DNA of 64,000 bases from Prionailurus viverrinus (lineage: Eukaryota): assembly GCF_022837055.1 (NCBI RefSeq), contig NC_062561.1, positions 552,715-616,714 of the forward strand, read 5' to 3'. The notes beneath the pieces were generated by a model. It did no database searches and was not told where the DNA came from. It was given only the letters and a program-made list of their open reading frames with translations. The translations under genes and the position numbers were made by a program. Below are positions 63,694 to 64,000 of this stretch, in pieces. Numbering within the stretch: the stretch's first letter is position 1; every line of letters starts with the position of its first letter.

Positions 63694-64000
63694 TTTAGTC
63701 CAACGACACTATTATATTTAAATAATATACAAGCTGGAACTGCTATTAATTTCCAACACCTGTAGAAAGAAGATGCCAACAAAAAACATCGGTTAAAGCT
63801 GTTCTACCCAAACCGCGAACCAGCACAAAAATCTACTGGATATTTCAAATTCAAAAGACTTAATCAGCAAAGCAACTGGGCAAGAAGTTACGTGGTTTGT
63901 TTTTGTTTTTGTTTTTTTTTAAGTCTTAAAAAATATCCAAATTGAGTGAATCAAAAACCTAAGTTCCTTGCTGACAGAATCAGCATATAGATGTTATTTA

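Overview
This window is mammalian nuclear DNA, not a prokaryotic or phage locus. It is almost certainly from a felid (cat-like) genome, because it contains about 40 tRNA-derived carnivore SINEs (CanSINE/SINEC type: GGGGCGCCTGGGTGGCTCAGTCGGTTAAGCGTCCGACTTCAGCTCAGGTCATGATCTCA...TCTCAAAAATAAATAAACATTAAAAA), many carrying target-site duplications. LINE-1 fragments in both orientations make up a large share of the remaining sequence.

Two protein-coding genes meet tail-to-tail. On the + strand (1 to about 12.6 kb) are the last coding exons of a Tudor-domain gene. I infer this to be RNF17/TDRD4 from the Tudor motif ([15 protein letters not shown]...[16 protein letters not shown], then [16 protein letters not shown]...) together with the known RNF17-CENPJ adjacency in mammals. 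On the - strand (about 14.3 kb to past 63.8 kb) is most of CENPJ (CPAP). I reconstructed 15 coding exons by direct translation matches to the CENPJ protein. These run from the initiator exon ([41 protein letters not shown]...), through the single 1630-nt large exon, to the G-box/TCP10 C-terminal exons and a TAA stop at 14395-14397. One exon of the expected 17-exon structure is not accounted for. It should lie between 21.6 and 33.9 kb and encode the poorly conserved linker.

Introns and the roughly 2.4 kb between the two stop codons are packed with repeats:
- a 1.7 kb degenerate AC-rich satellite-like array;
- four stacked minus-strand L1 3' ends;
- several plus-strand L1s, one retaining 5'UTR monomers;
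- a 5'-truncated, frameshifted processed pseudogene of SRRM1 with its own poly(A) tail;
- nested and very recent SINE insertions.

I found no CRISPR arrays, rRNA or tRNA genes, or prokaryotic defence or mobile systems. The interesting content here is gene structure and retroelement history rather than a novel system.
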